64,000 nt of DNA from Naegleria gruberi. Its lineage: Eukaryota. Positions 54,226 through 64,000 of the stretch are shown here, one piece after another. The first letter of the stretch is position 1. Every line of letters begins with the position of its first letter. A program made the position numbers and the translations under genes. The stretch lies in NCBI GenBank assembly GCA_000004985.1, contig GG738890.1; one strand, given 5' to 3'. The notes under the pieces were generated by a model. The model was not told the origin of the DNA. It was given only the letters and a program-made list of their open reading frames with translations, and did not search any database.

Positions 54226-56535
54226 TTATTTACAACATTTGGATCGAACAAGCTTTACAATACTATAGATGGATATGGCAAGCAAATACAATGACAATCC
54301 AATGTATAATGGTGCCAAAACGAGAGAATATCTCAGTGTAATCAAGGTATCCAAACGAAGGGAGAGAAGAATTAGGAAGGTTGTAAATGGGGAAAGCAAC
54401 AAGAATACAATTGGAATGGGAGTAAGAACAGCCAAAACGGTCGTCTTTTTGGCATGAAAACCATTGTAAAATATTTTTGCTGCATAATAGGGAAGGATTG
54501 AAATATTGAAATGTATCAATAATAAACAGACATAAGCTGGTGTCAATACTTCAGACCATTTCACATGTTCTGTAAATGACATTTCATCCAGCTTTAAACT
54601 CGCTAGCACTAGTGACGTGCCTGAAGAAAGGTAAATTAAATTCACATTCATTACTAAAAGCATGATTGTTAAAAGTTGTGATATTGTTCTCTTAAAGGGT
54701 GATTTGAGTGTCCACAATCTAACACCTCTATAGGTGAAATCAACACAAGCAAAGAGTTGGAAAATATATACAGGAATTAGGAGGTATCTCCAAACAAGTT
54801 GATCTTTAAAGATCAAAAATCTTAATCCAATAACCAAAACCAAGACAGAGAACCATATTAATTGGGATGGAGCTGCCATTTTGAGTTGATAATTTGGATC
54901 ATCAATATTCTCCTGCATATCAGAGGAGAAGAAGAGTCTTCTCAAAATGACAAATAGTACGCTTGTCTCAGCATTAGAATCCTCTTCATTAGGATGAAGA
55001 AGACTTGTTGATTCGTCAGTAGATTTCTTCTTGTGAAAACGATTGTAACAAGTGAGGAAAAAGGAGGAAAGGTAAGGTACCCAACCCATCATTAAATAGA
55101 GTGAGCCAATGAAAAGAAAAAATATTGGAAGCCATAACAATGAGAATCCAGCAGGGCTTACTGTTAGCAGTGTCTCGGCACTTTCCTTTTCCAAGGTATT
55201 GTCATAGTAGAGTCCTGAGAAGATTAAACTCAATGTAATAAATAGAAGGGTGGTTAGGGAGAGTATACATAATTGAATGTACATGCAAGGTTGACATCGT
55301 TTGCTAAAAAAGATACCAATCTTGTCCTCGGCTCGTTTTCCTCGTTCCTTTTTCTTCACTGTTTTCGAGTGGTGCTTGTAAAGTATATATTGATGTTTGA
55401 GTGGTATTCTCTTGAGATGAGAACTGGATTTCAACTCTTGCCCAGCAACTTGATAAAATGATTTGCTAGAAGAGAAGGAAGAATCCCTACTCCTAATTTT
55501 GGTAACATTATCATTAATTGATCCAATTTCTGGTATATCGTCAATATTTTCCACTGGATTAATTTCACTCATGGTATTAAGTGGTGTATAAACTGTGTTT
55601 AAATCTGTAAAATTATAATTATAATAATTATCGTGAAAATCCAATTGATAGAGTACTGTTTGCATACTAATACGTTCTCGTTGTGGGAGTCTTAGTAGTA
55701 AAGATTTCCAAAACTTGTCCTCGATTGTTAAATAGTAATAGTACTTGCTAGTGAGTCCCATATTTAAATTGTCTTCCAATGGAAGGAAGGATATGATAAT
55801 TTCCACTTCATCCTTACTCAAATTATTAAAATTCATGAAAATTTCACTTGGTTCTATAAAAATATCAGCGCTCTCATGCTTTGAGCTAATATTTGATAAA
55901 ATCCCCTGAACATCTTCAGAAGTACTAGAGAAGAAGTGAGTACCAGACACTGATCTCTCCCCTTCGGCATGTATCTGTTTGATGGCATTAATTACTTGAA
56001 AATTAAATCGTTCATCTATCGACTCATTCACTCTGAGAAATTTCGGAGATGTTGGAGGTCCAGCTGTTATCGTTGTTGGCTGCTCAAACAAACTGTTGCC
56101 ATTCAATAATGTACTCGAAGTGGCATGTATTAAATTATCTGTATGTTTGAAATATCCAGAATGAAGCGATGAAGCTAAAGTACTACTTCTATTCACTTTG
56201 TTTTTCTTTTTTCGTTTGTCCTCTATTTGCCAAGTTGGTAAGGATGATGATACAATATTATTGGTGGTATTAGAATTGGTTATTGTTGTTGTTATTGTTG
56301 TTGATGATGATGAAGGAGAATCGGAATGAAGAGGTGATAAAAAGAGGTTTTTAGAATCCTCACTCTCCTCTTCAACATCTGATGATGAATTTTCAAACTC
56401 TTCTATTATTGGTTTTCCAACTTCACTTTCCAATATATTTAATTCATCGTGATGATAGGAACTGGTAGGAGCAGCAGCAACTTGTCTATTACTACCACCA
56501 CTACCACTACCAGAACGTTTCTTATGATTATTCAT
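54226..56535 (-). CDS. Ser-rich protein with an internal F-box-like motif followed by a polytopic (about 8 TM) C-terminal domain
   Basis: The F-box-like motif is LSKDEVEIIISFLPLEDNLNMGLTSKYYYYLTIEDKFWKSL. The C-terminal 330 aa contain about eight 18-23-aa hydrophobic segments. ATG at 56535. Confidence 0.5.
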   Translation of the reverse strand: MNNHKKRSGSGSGGSNRQVAAAPTSSYHHDELNILESEVGKPIIEEFENSSSDVEEESEDSKNLFLSPLHSDSPSSSSTTITTTITNSNTTNNIVSSSLPTWQIEDKRKKKNKVNRSSTLASSLHSGYFKHTDNLIHATSSTLLNGNSLFEQPTTITAGPPTSPKFLRVNESIDERFNFQVINAIKQIHAEGERSVSGTHFFSSTSEDVQGILSNISSKHESADIFIEPSEIFMNFNNLSKDEVEIIISFLPLEDNLNMGLTSKYYYYLTIEDKFWKSLLLRLPQRERISMQTVLYQLDFHDNYYNYNFTDLNTVYTPLNTMSEINPVENIDDIPEIGSINDNVTKIRSRDSSFSSSKSFYQVAGQELKSSSHLKRIPLKHQYILYKHHSKTVKKKERGKRAEDKIGIFFSKRCQPCMYIQLCILSLTTLLFITLSLIFSGLYYDNTLEKESAETLLTVSPAGFSLLWLPIFFLFIGSLYLMMGWVPYLSSFFLTCYNRFHKKKSTDESTSLLHPNEEDSNAETSVLFVILRRLFFSSDMQENIDDPNYQLKMAAPSQLIWFSVLVLVIGLRFLIFKDQLVWRYLLIPVYIFQLFACVDFTYRGVRLWTLKSPFKRTISQLLTIMLLVMNVNLIYLSSGTSLVLASLKLDEMSFTEHVKWSEVLTPAYVCLLLIHFNISILPYYAAKIFYNGFHAKKTTVLAVLTPIPIVFLLLSPFTTFLILLSLRLDTLITLRYSLVLAPLYIGLSLYLLAISIYSIVKLVRSKCCK

Positions 56536-57217
56536 AATTACGTGATGTTCTGTAGAATATATTACTACTCCTTTTATATTGATGATGATTCCGGATATAT
56601 TAGATGATGGTGATGATATTATTATTCAAGACAATCTTTAAATTATTGTTAATTATTATTACTATTATCCAAAAATCATTAAAAAAACAATGAAATCTTG
56701 TTCTGAACAATAAATAGTATATTAGAACGGCAAGACTTGCCACCAAGAAGGAACACAGCAATAAAAAAAACAAAATCACACTGTGTTCTTGTTGTTGTTG
56801 TGTTTTTGAAACAAAATTAAAAGACCGTTATTTTTTTTCTTAATAAAAAATAGCTTGGAAAGTGAAGTCTTTTGCAAGGGTGATGGTTGAGAAGAGTTTT
56901 TCGTATCCGCTTTGATGCAGATGGATTTGTTTTGATCTGATTGGGAATGGCTTTGGAGATTTAAAGATTTTGATATATTTCTAATTTATCTTTTTCGGGA
57001 TCATCAAGAAGATTTTTTGTTTATTATTTCAAAGGCTTCTTCTTATCTAATAATTAATTAATTGTGTGGATAGAATTGTTACTCATCATGATTCAATTAA
57101 TTAAAGGAAAGATAGTTTTAAAACTTTCCGAACGCAATATCCTCTAAAAAGGAAAAACAGAAAATTGGAAATATTCCAAACAAATAATTAGAAAAAGTTT
57201 CTTCAACAAAAAGAAAT

Positions 57218-59342
57218 ATGAAGAAGAGAGAAGGAGCAACCGAGAATTGTCAAATACAGCTTCAGCACAATCCAAAAACTGCTCAAGATTTATTCAAGCA
57301 TTTACAACCCCAAACTATTCATTTACCTCCTTTGGAGAATGGTGAAATACTAATCAAGGTATTATATATTGCCTTGGATCCAAGTTTGAAACCATTACTA
57401 GCTGGAGAGAAGATACCATCTTCTAGTGATGGTACTCAAAAAAAAGATTTGGTTTATGATCATCCTCCAAGTAAAACAACCATAGATGAAAAGGGAAGTA
57501 AATTGATTATACCACCACCAAGTATTGATATTACTACATGTCAAGCAACTGGAAATACTCAATTTGCAAATTATTTCCCTCCACCATTCTCTAAACAACA
57601 AGAATGGATTGAGAGTAATCATCCTTCAATTGGCAGTAATTTGAATACAGATCCTAGACGAATACTCAATTATGGTGTATTGAAGGCGTATGCAGTTGGT
57701 GAAGTTATCGAATCTAAAAATCATTTATTCACTAAGGGAAGGTATGTATTTATTTGAGAACATTAGGATGCTCATAATATGAAATAGAAATGTTTACGGC
57801 AATTTGGGAGTTCAACAATATTTACTTTCGAGTGGAGGAAAAGATTTGGATGATAATATGGTCCGTGATATTACAATGGATTCTCCATTATCTGCATTCC
57901 TCACTCTTTCAAAAGCAGGTTTATGTGCATATTTTGGAATCACAGAGCTTAGCAATGTTGCAGAGGGTGAGTGTGTATTTGTAACAGGAGGTACTGGTTG
58001 TGTTGGATCATTTGTTCCACAGGTCGTGAGAGCCTCTCTTTCTGATAAGAAGATTAAAGAGGGGATTAAGAATGACGAAACTCATCACGAGCATGTTCAC
58101 AAAAGCTCACCATCATCCGTTGGTAATCATACGCACAATAATGGCGAAAAGACATCATTATGCAGTTCTAGTCATTGTTTAATTCCACACCGATCTTGTA
58201 ATAAGGCCAAATCCCCAACTCTATCATGGCTCTTCTCTTCATTAATTGAAGAAGAGAATGAGGAAGAATATGACCTTTCACACTCTAACAATGAGGATGA
58301 AGAGCACTTTCCCAAATCTTCTCATGAGGTCATTTCGAGAGAGGATGAGCCATCTGAAGCAACCCACTTTATACACGATCCAATCGTTACCCCACATGGT
58401 CATCTTTACCATTCCCCAGAGGAGATGAAACATGGTCATCATCTTCACTTGCCTCACCATACTACTCATCACCATCCTTACTTACACAATGTAGAAAGAT
58501 TGAATCTGATGAATTCATCAGCATCTACTCATATTCCTCCACAGATTAAGATTTTTGGATTTTGTTCCTCTGATTCAAAAAAATCACTTATGACTAATAA
58601 GCTCAAATATGATAATGCCATCAATTATTCAAATTACATGAAAAAGAAGAATACTTCAGAGAGTGGAGCATCCACTACAGATGATCCACTAAACAGCCCA
58701 TGCGCCTCTTGCCTTATTCCAGCATGGTCATCGGTGTCTCCATTTACACACATGTATGGTGCCAGTACGGGTAGTTCTTGCAGTGTATTGCAAGATCAAC
58801 CAGCAGATACTTGTCTACTCAAAACTGGTCAAAGATATGATTATTCCAAAATTGATAGAGCTGCATTGAGTAAGGCTATTGGAGAAATGTGCCCAGATGG
58901 AATTGATGTGGTCTTTGACACTGTGGGAGGTGTCTTGCTTGATTTATGTTTAGAACATTTGAAAACAAATGCAAGAATAGTTATTTGTGGAGCCATTGCA
59001 AATTCCAATGGAATTCAGTCATTTTCATCATCGGTAGGTAAGAATGAGAATGAAGCATTTGAAGGCCCTCACAATTATGTAAACCTTATCCTGAAATGTG
59101 CCAGAATGGAAGGATTTATGGTTGAAAAGTTCCAGTCCAAATTCAAGCAAGCTTCCCATACTCTTGTGAGATGGATTCAAGAGAAGAAGATTGATAGCTT
59201 GGAAGAAAATGTTATTGAATGCGATCTCAAAGATCGAACACAAGTTATCAATGCAATTGAGAAATTATTCAGTGGTGAATATTATGGAAAGTTAATTGTT
59301 AGAGTAAAGCAGAGTGGTACACTTTCCAGTCCTCAACATTAG
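57218..59342 (+). CDS. Medium-chain dehydrogenase/reductase of the prostaglandin reductase / LTB4 12-hydroxydehydrogenase type, with two large insertions. The CDS is join(57218..57741, 57788..59342), about 692 aa.
   Basis: N-terminal GroES-like motifs are ENGEILIKVLYIALDP...YGVLKAYAVGEVIES. The cofactor motif is GECVFVTGGTGCVGS. C-terminal conserved blocks are PDGIDVVFDTVGG...ARIVICGAI...GKLIVRV. The 46-nt intron (GTATGT...AATAG, phase 2) joins ...FTKG-R-NVYGNLGVQQY.... An inserted segment of about 290 aa, rich in His and Ser (HGHLYHSPEEMKHGHHLHLPHHTTHHHPYLH), follows the GxGxxG motif. Confidence 0.7.
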
Positions 59343-59374
59343 TTAACATTACAAATATACTACATTATATATAT

Positions 59375-61219
59375 TTATTCAGTTTTGATTTTGGTTGATC
59401 TTACTCTGCAACAACAGAAGCAACAACACAAGCAAGTCAAGAAACGTTTAACAATCAGTGCGAAAATTCCAATTTGTAGAGCAGTTGTAATGAATATGAA
59501 ACTAGACCATTCCAATGGAAGCTTCATTCCATCATCACCTTCATCAAATCCCCTATGTCCATTAAAATACTTGAATGTAAAATAGAGCGCATTGTGAATT
59601 CTCTCACCTGAATTTGATGAGTAATACTTGAATAATGAGCTTGCCCATTGAATTCTTTCAGCCTTTTCTTGACTAATCAAGGTGCTTTCTATCAAGTTAC
59701 CAAATGTTTGAGGAGTGATCCATTTCGAATAGATCCAATCACCAAAATCTTTATCCTGCAAACGATTACACACTAAAAATTGATCAGCAGTTATTGGAAT
59801 ACCAACCAAGAGCTTTCCATAAAAGATTCCCTCACTCACACTATTAAAACCACAATGAGTGACAAATAATCGAGTTGCCCTATGATTTAGTATAAATTGT
59901 TGGGGAAGAAAGTCACTCGAAAGTTTCATTCTCTTTATCCAAGTATTCGAATCTTGCACAGATGAAGCATAATCCAATTGATTACTATTCATTTCCTTTT
60001 CAAGAACTGCTTGTTGTTCCTTTTCAACTCTCATCAAGACATTCAAATCCTTATTCGATTTCAACACCTTCGAAAGACCTCTAATAATGTTTCGATTAGT
60101 TTCAACACTCAATTTGAATTGACTTCCTGTACTAATAAAAATCAATCTTTCATTATTATTACCAAGCAAATCTAACCAATCTTGAAGGGATTTAAATTCT
60201 AGTTGACCTGAAACTGAATCAATGAGAGGAAAACCAATATCAAAATATTTAGGATAAGCTCTCATTCTACTAGATTCCAATACTCCAGGAGCTGACATTA
60301 ACAAAACTGGATATTGACTCGAAATGGAATTGTAATTTCTATACGAAAAGGTTTTTGTAATGAACTTTGAATTGTAATGTGGTCGAATTTTGAACAATGC
60401 AAAGCAATGAACCAAAATTCTCAGAGTTGGAAAGAAAATTTGTGCAGTAAAAACATTCACTAGAATGGAAAGAATCGAATATCTCCAAACTCTCAACTTG
60501 AACCATTGAAAATAATCATGTAAATATTCGAATCTTCCTAAAATGTAATCTGTGAAAGTTCCCCAAAGTAATTCAGAAATAGAATTTGGATGTGTCAATG
60601 GTAAATCCTCAAAATCAATTGCTTCAGCAATACCAGTCACAAGTGTCATTAATCTCACACTATTATTGAACTTGGCATTTAATTGTTGAAACATGTCAAT
60701 GTATGAATAATGGAAATCCAAAGAATCAACAATTATAATATCTGGCTTTTCATTTGGATAATTCTCAAATCTTTCCATGAAAAAATTAAAAGATTCAATT
60801 GAAAATGAAGCCATGACTTCCAAACCTTCGACAATTGACATTTTCATAATATCCTTCTTCCATTCTCCATATTTATAAAAATATAGAGATTTACTTTGAT
60901 TTTTAGGTAAACCTTTCGATTGATCAATGATTTGATAATTTTGCAAAGGAAAATCTTGTGGAATCCATTCTGAGGGCTTGGACACGTTTTCGATCCACGC
61001 CAACGACACTGAAATTTCATAGAGATTATTTCCATTCTCGTCTTTTGGATTGAATTGCATTAAATTCTTAATGACGGTCATGAAGGGATTGTAATGTCCT
61101 TTGGATGGTGCTGGACAGAACAAGATCTTGATGGCTTGAACTTTCGAATAAAAGCAAACGAAAGTGAGAATGAAAAGAAGGATGAGGATTGGTTTGTTTC
61201 TAAAGACATGTGTCTTCAT
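59375..61219 (-). CDS. UDP-glucuronosyl/UDP-glycosyltransferase of the ER-membrane animal-like UGT type, with signal peptide and C-terminal TM
   Basis: The UGT signature is FILNHRATRLFVTHCGFNSVSEGIFYGKLLVGIPITADQFLVCNRLQD. The signal peptide is MKTHVFRNKPILILLFILTFVCFYSKVQA. The C-terminal anchor is IFITTALQIGIFALIV. The track start at 61255 is a TTG; the ATG is at 61219. Confidence 0.75.
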   Translation of the reverse strand: MKTHVFRNKPILILLFILTFVCFYSKVQAIKILFCPAPSKGHYNPFMTVIKNLMQFNPKDENGNNLYEISVSLAWIENVSKPSEWIPQDFPLQNYQIIDQSKGLPKNQSKSLYFYKYGEWKKDIMKMSIVEGLEVMASFSIESFNFFMERFENYPNEKPDIIIVDSLDFHYSYIDMFQQLNAKFNNSVRLMTLVTGIAEAIDFEDLPLTHPNSISELLWGTFTDYILGRFEYLHDYFQWFKLRVWRYSILSILVNVFTAQIFFPTLRILVHCFALFKIRPHYNSKFITKTFSYRNYNSISSQYPVLLMSAPGVLESSRMRAYPKYFDIGFPLIDSVSGQLEFKSLQDWLDLLGNNNERLIFISTGSQFKLSVETNRNIIRGLSKVLKSNKDLNVLMRVEKEQQAVLEKEMNSNQLDYASSVQDSNTWIKRMKLSSDFLPQQFILNHRATRLFVTHCGFNSVSEGIFYGKLLVGIPITADQFLVCNRLQDKDFGDWIYSKWITPQTFGNLIESTLISQEKAERIQWASSLFKYYSSNSGERIHNALYFTFKYFNGHRGFDEGDDGMKLPLEWSSFIFITTALQIGIFALIVKRFLTCLCCCFCCCRVRSTKIKTE

Positions 61220-61417
61220 CTTGTTTTTTTTTGTGTTTGATTTGAACAAAGTCAATATTAGGATTCTTTTGAATTACAGATTATGAAATTTTTGATTGGG
61301 TTGATGATATTTAAATGTGCGTTGCATAATAGGACTAATTAGTGCTACTTGATTAGCGCGCTTCGTTAGATATTGATATTAAAAAACCTAACATAATGAA
61401 GTCCAATGAAGAAATGT

Positions 61418-61422
61418 AAAAA
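61418..61422 (-). terminator. Pol III terminator (T5 run) downstream of the minus-strand tRNA
   Basis: An A5 run on the plus strand, which is T5 on the tRNA strand, lies 8 nt after the discriminator. Confidence 0.4.
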
Positions 61423-61429
61423 TTTGAAC

Positions 61430-61514
61430 TGCTCATAGAGGGGGTCGAACCCTCGGCCATCTGCTAACCTCATTTTCTCATAAGACAAATGCTCTACCAC
61501 TGAGCTATATGAGC
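61430..61514 (-). tRNA. Second copy of the intron-containing tRNA (anticodon UAU-like), with a 13-nt intron
   Basis: Its reverse complement is identical to the 18252..18335 tRNA over both exons. The only difference is one extra A in the intron (GAGAAAATGAGG versus GAGAAATGAGG). The 3' flank AGTTCAAATTTTT is nearly identical to the first copy (AGCTCAAATTTTTTT). The 5' flanks are unrelated. Confidence 0.75.
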
Positions 61515-61706
61515 TTCGATTTGATTTTTATTATTGATCATTAAGAGCGACAGATAATATTGCCAACCACTTTCCCATAACACGAACAGTGGAATATTCA
61601 ATTTAAAGAAATATATTATGAACTATTTAATAGATTAGGAGTCTGGTTTTGATTGACAGAGCTTGGAATCATTGTAATACATTTCGCTAATTAATTATTT
61701 AAAAAA

Positions 61707-63089
61707 ATGCAAAGAAGTGGTCTTGCAGTGTTTCTATCAAAGAATGTGAATACAATGATGAAGAATAGAAAATTATCATCATTATTCAAGAATACCAACA
61801 TGATGCTGATGAATTTACCTCATCATCATCATTATCGGAATGGATTAATGAATAATCATAATAATAATTATCGATATTTTCATAATGAATTATTCGGAAG
61901 GAGAAATAATGCAAATAATACAACATCATCATCACTACCAATCAATGACACAGAGGAAGAACAAGAACAGGAAGATCCACAAGTTAGTCAGAATGTTGAT
62001 GAATACAATTCACGATTATTGACATTCCTATTAATTGGAACACCATTGGCTTATTTAGCTTTATTAGAATTAACGAAATGGTTTGAAGAAGTTTACACTG
62101 ATTCCTCCTTAATGGCAAACAAATTGAGTGTTAATGATTTGGAAAGGATTTTCGATCAATTCACACTCAAGAATGGAGCTGAATTGTGTAAAGCATATAA
62201 TATAAATATGCTGGATTGGATCCAAGAGAATGAATGGAATTGGTTTGAAAAGGACTTTCAAAAGAAGAAGGCTACATATGCACTCTATGCCATGCATGCT
62301 GCTGGATTTGTGGGATGTTTCTTGTTGAAGAGATTTAATCCTGGCATGTTTAAAAGATTCTATGATAGACATGTGGCGATTAGTTTGAATAATATGTATG
62401 AAAGAAGATTTCACACACTTATTTTAGGTCAATTCGCTCATACGAATGTGCTTTCTCTCCTTATTCCATTAATTTGCCTTAACAACTTTAGTGATATCAT
62501 GGAGAATAACTTTTCACAAGCTTCATTACTTGCCCTATATTTTGTACTTCCAGCATTGGCCTGTATGGCCCACTCGTCACTTGGTGCTTTAATGTTGAGA
62601 TATCTTGTCAGTCCTAGCAATAGAGTTTTACAATATCGCATTGCCAAAATGGGTCAGTTCAATATTATTCAAGCTTCATTCTATTCCATATTTTTTGCTC
62701 CAATTGCTTTAACACTTCCTGATTTTTTGATGACACATGCTGGAATAACAAATTTGGAATTGAGTTATATATTATTTGGATTACAATTTTTATATTCAAT
62801 TATTTCTAAAGGTTCTCCATTTATGGTTGCAGAATTGTTTGCTTTTTATGGATCATATTTTGCTTTAAACCATTTGATTGAAAGAGAAGGATTTCAAAGA
62901 TCAAGAATTGTAGAGTTGGAGAAGGGATTTCGTTATTATTTGGGAGAGAGGGTAAATATCAAGAATAATGGAATGGCTATCTTTATTCCAGATAATAGAG
63001 AAACACTTGAATTGGCATATTATAAGAATGATAAGAAGGAAAAAGTGATCAAAACAAAGACACTTCTCGGAAAGGATTATACTGAATAA
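61707..63089 (+). CDS. Hypothetical multi-pass membrane protein with an N-terminal basic, mitochondrial-presequence-like region
   Basis: ATG at 61707 with aaaaaaATG. The N-terminus is rich in K, R and N (MQRSGLAVFLSKNVNTMMKNRKLSSLFK). Six or seven hydrophobic segments lie in the C-terminal 300 aa. There is no confident family assignment; the His-containing helices are faintly rhomboid-like. Confidence 0.45.
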   Translation: MQRSGLAVFLSKNVNTMMKNRKLSSLFKNTNMMLMNLPHHHHYRNGLMNNHNNNYRYFHNELFGRRNNANNTTSSSLPINDTEEEQEQEDPQVSQNVDEYNSRLLTFLLIGTPLAYLALLELTKWFEEVYTDSSLMANKLSVNDLERIFDQFTLKNGAELCKAYNINMLDWIQENEWNWFEKDFQKKKATYALYAMHAAGFVGCFLLKRFNPGMFKRFYDRHVAISLNNMYERRFHTLILGQFAHTNVLSLLIPLICLNNFSDIMENNFSQASLLALYFVLPALACMAHSSLGALMLRYLVSPSNRVLQYRIAKMGQFNIIQASFYSIFFAPIALTLPDFLMTHAGITNLELSYILFGLQFLYSIISKGSPFMVAELFAFYGSYFALNHLIEREGFQRSRIVELEKGFRYYLGERVNIKNNGMAIFIPDNRETLELAYYKNDKKEKVIKTKTLLGKDYTE

Positions 63090-63558
63090 TATTTTCAAAC
63101 CAAGTACAGTCTATTCATTACCCTTTGCAAACCATTCAGGAATGGAATCAATATTGTAATAACATTTCCATTTGAATTAATTACTTAATCAGATATCCTG
63201 AATATATTTCTTTTCATGGAACTCAAATGATGCAGTAGAATGTGAGAATTTTAATTATCTTTGGAATTTCTTTTAACCTTTATTCGTAACTTTTGTTCTC
63301 AGACCATTTCTGTTGTGGGTGTCTTCTTGGCGAATAGCTTGGTTCATTTCAAGATTTAGTCCAACAGAACTTGCTTGTTTTTTTTGCTAAATCTTGAGCA
63401 TAACCGCCTTAGTTAAAATTATTCCGCCAAATATTTATTCAAACAATTCTTTGAATAATCCTTGAAGACTCTCTGAAGATGATGTTTAATAATTGAATCC
63501 AGAGAATTAGGTTATTCTAATTATCCCCATTCTCTTCTTAATTATTTCATAATACTGT

Positions 63559-64000
63559 TTAAATTGTAAAATTGAATGAAAGGTCAGCATAGCTTATATT
63601 TTGCAACATGACCCTCTGATATTTGCAACTTGCAGCACCAAATAAAAGTTCCCATACGAAATCTAATTCTTCCAATGTTGAGGGAAGATAGAATACCGTT
63701 GCTCTTCTTCCACATCTTCCAGATCGTCCGCTTCTCATTCGACTGAGCGCCTTATCGCAAATCACATCAAAATGCACAACCAATCGGCAAAGTGGCATGT
63801 CAATTCCAAACCAATCCTCATGAGTTCCAATCATTAATTGTGAAAATTGGTTTTCCAAATTGAGGAGTTAGCTCAATGGATGGATATACTGATTCCTTTA
63901 GAATTTTGTAATATTGTTCTGCTCTTGTGTATGTGTTGCAGAATAGGAGAGCAGGCTCAAATTCATACTCATAATTTTGAAAGAATGATTCTCTTAATAG
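63559..64000 (-). pseudogene. Partial helicase-C-terminal-like gene fragment, probably frameshifted or decayed. It runs off the right edge of the window.
   Basis: Helicase motif VI-like SRMRSGRSGRCGRRATVFY is preceded by a motif V-like WFGIDMPLCRLVVHFDV. Upstream, an open segment ...PALLFCNTYTRAEQYYKILKESVYP... lies in a different frame. The two frames overlap within about 45 nt with no room for an intron. The conserved HGdmsQ (motif IV) region is absent. Confidence 0.35.

Noticed and set aside
545-61255. ORF-track start positions at 545, 6821, 16373, 33256, 48368, 51769, 57804, 61255 and 63858 are shown as M
   Set aside because: Each of these codons reads TTG in the sequence. The track apparently allows alternative initiators and prints M. 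I moved the starts to the first in-frame ATG, each preceded by the A-rich context typical of this genome. Internal 'M's at 33256, 51769, 57804 and 63858 are mid-gene, in a downstream exon or fragment.
1-64000. Search for prokaryote-type systems, CRISPR arrays, transposases, reverse transcriptase or integrase ORFs, and long terminal or inverted repeats
   Set aside because: None seen. The only long repeat is the duplicated tRNA. The remaining repeats are short coding microsatellites, (CAA)n and (GAT/GTT)n, inside low-complexity genes. The window is ordinary eukaryotic chromosomal DNA.

Overview
This window looks like eukaryotic nuclear DNA from an AT-rich amoebozoan; a dictyostelid social amoeba is the best fit. 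The evidence is AT content and gene content. Coding regions are about 30-38% GC, intergenic regions are far more AT-rich, and ATG starts sit in A-rich contexts. Proteins rich in N, Q, S or T are common. A hybrid histidine kinase, an alpha-actinin with a Dictyostelium-like structure, and several F-box proteins are present. Introns are very short (42-126 nt) with GTAAGT or GTATGT at the 5' end and AG at the 3' end.

The window is gene-dense. I call about 28 protein-coding genes on both strands, eight of them split by one or two introns that I placed by hand. I also call two near-identical intron-containing tRNA genes in inverted orientation about 43 kb apart. There is no prokaryotic-style system here: no operons, no CRISPR array, and no recognisable transposon or retroelement ORF.

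The most notable gene encodes a roughly 1745-aa polytopic membrane protein with about 12 predicted TM segments, a PAS domain, and one class III nucleotidyl cyclase domain that carries the ATP-specifying Lys/Asp pair. I do not recognise this domain arrangement from the adenylyl or guanylyl cyclases I know. The largest gene encodes a 3321-aa protein whose N-terminus carries what I recall as the SZT2 (KICSTOR) signature motif.

Other calls are:
- conserved housekeeping and signalling proteins: RIO1 kinase, syntaxin, Rab7, alpha-actinin, a patatin-like phospholipase, an NmrA-like reductase, two UDP-glycosyltransferases, a hybrid histidine kinase, and an EEP-family phosphodiesterase;
- a PTGR-type medium-chain reductase with a histidine-rich insertion;
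- three F-box genes within about 10 kb, one fused to a multi-TM domain;
- a helicase-C-like fragment at the right edge that looks frameshifted.

One caveat applies to the supplied ORF track. It marks several ORFs as starting with M at TTG codons. I moved those starts to the first in-frame ATG, each of which has an A-rich upstream context.
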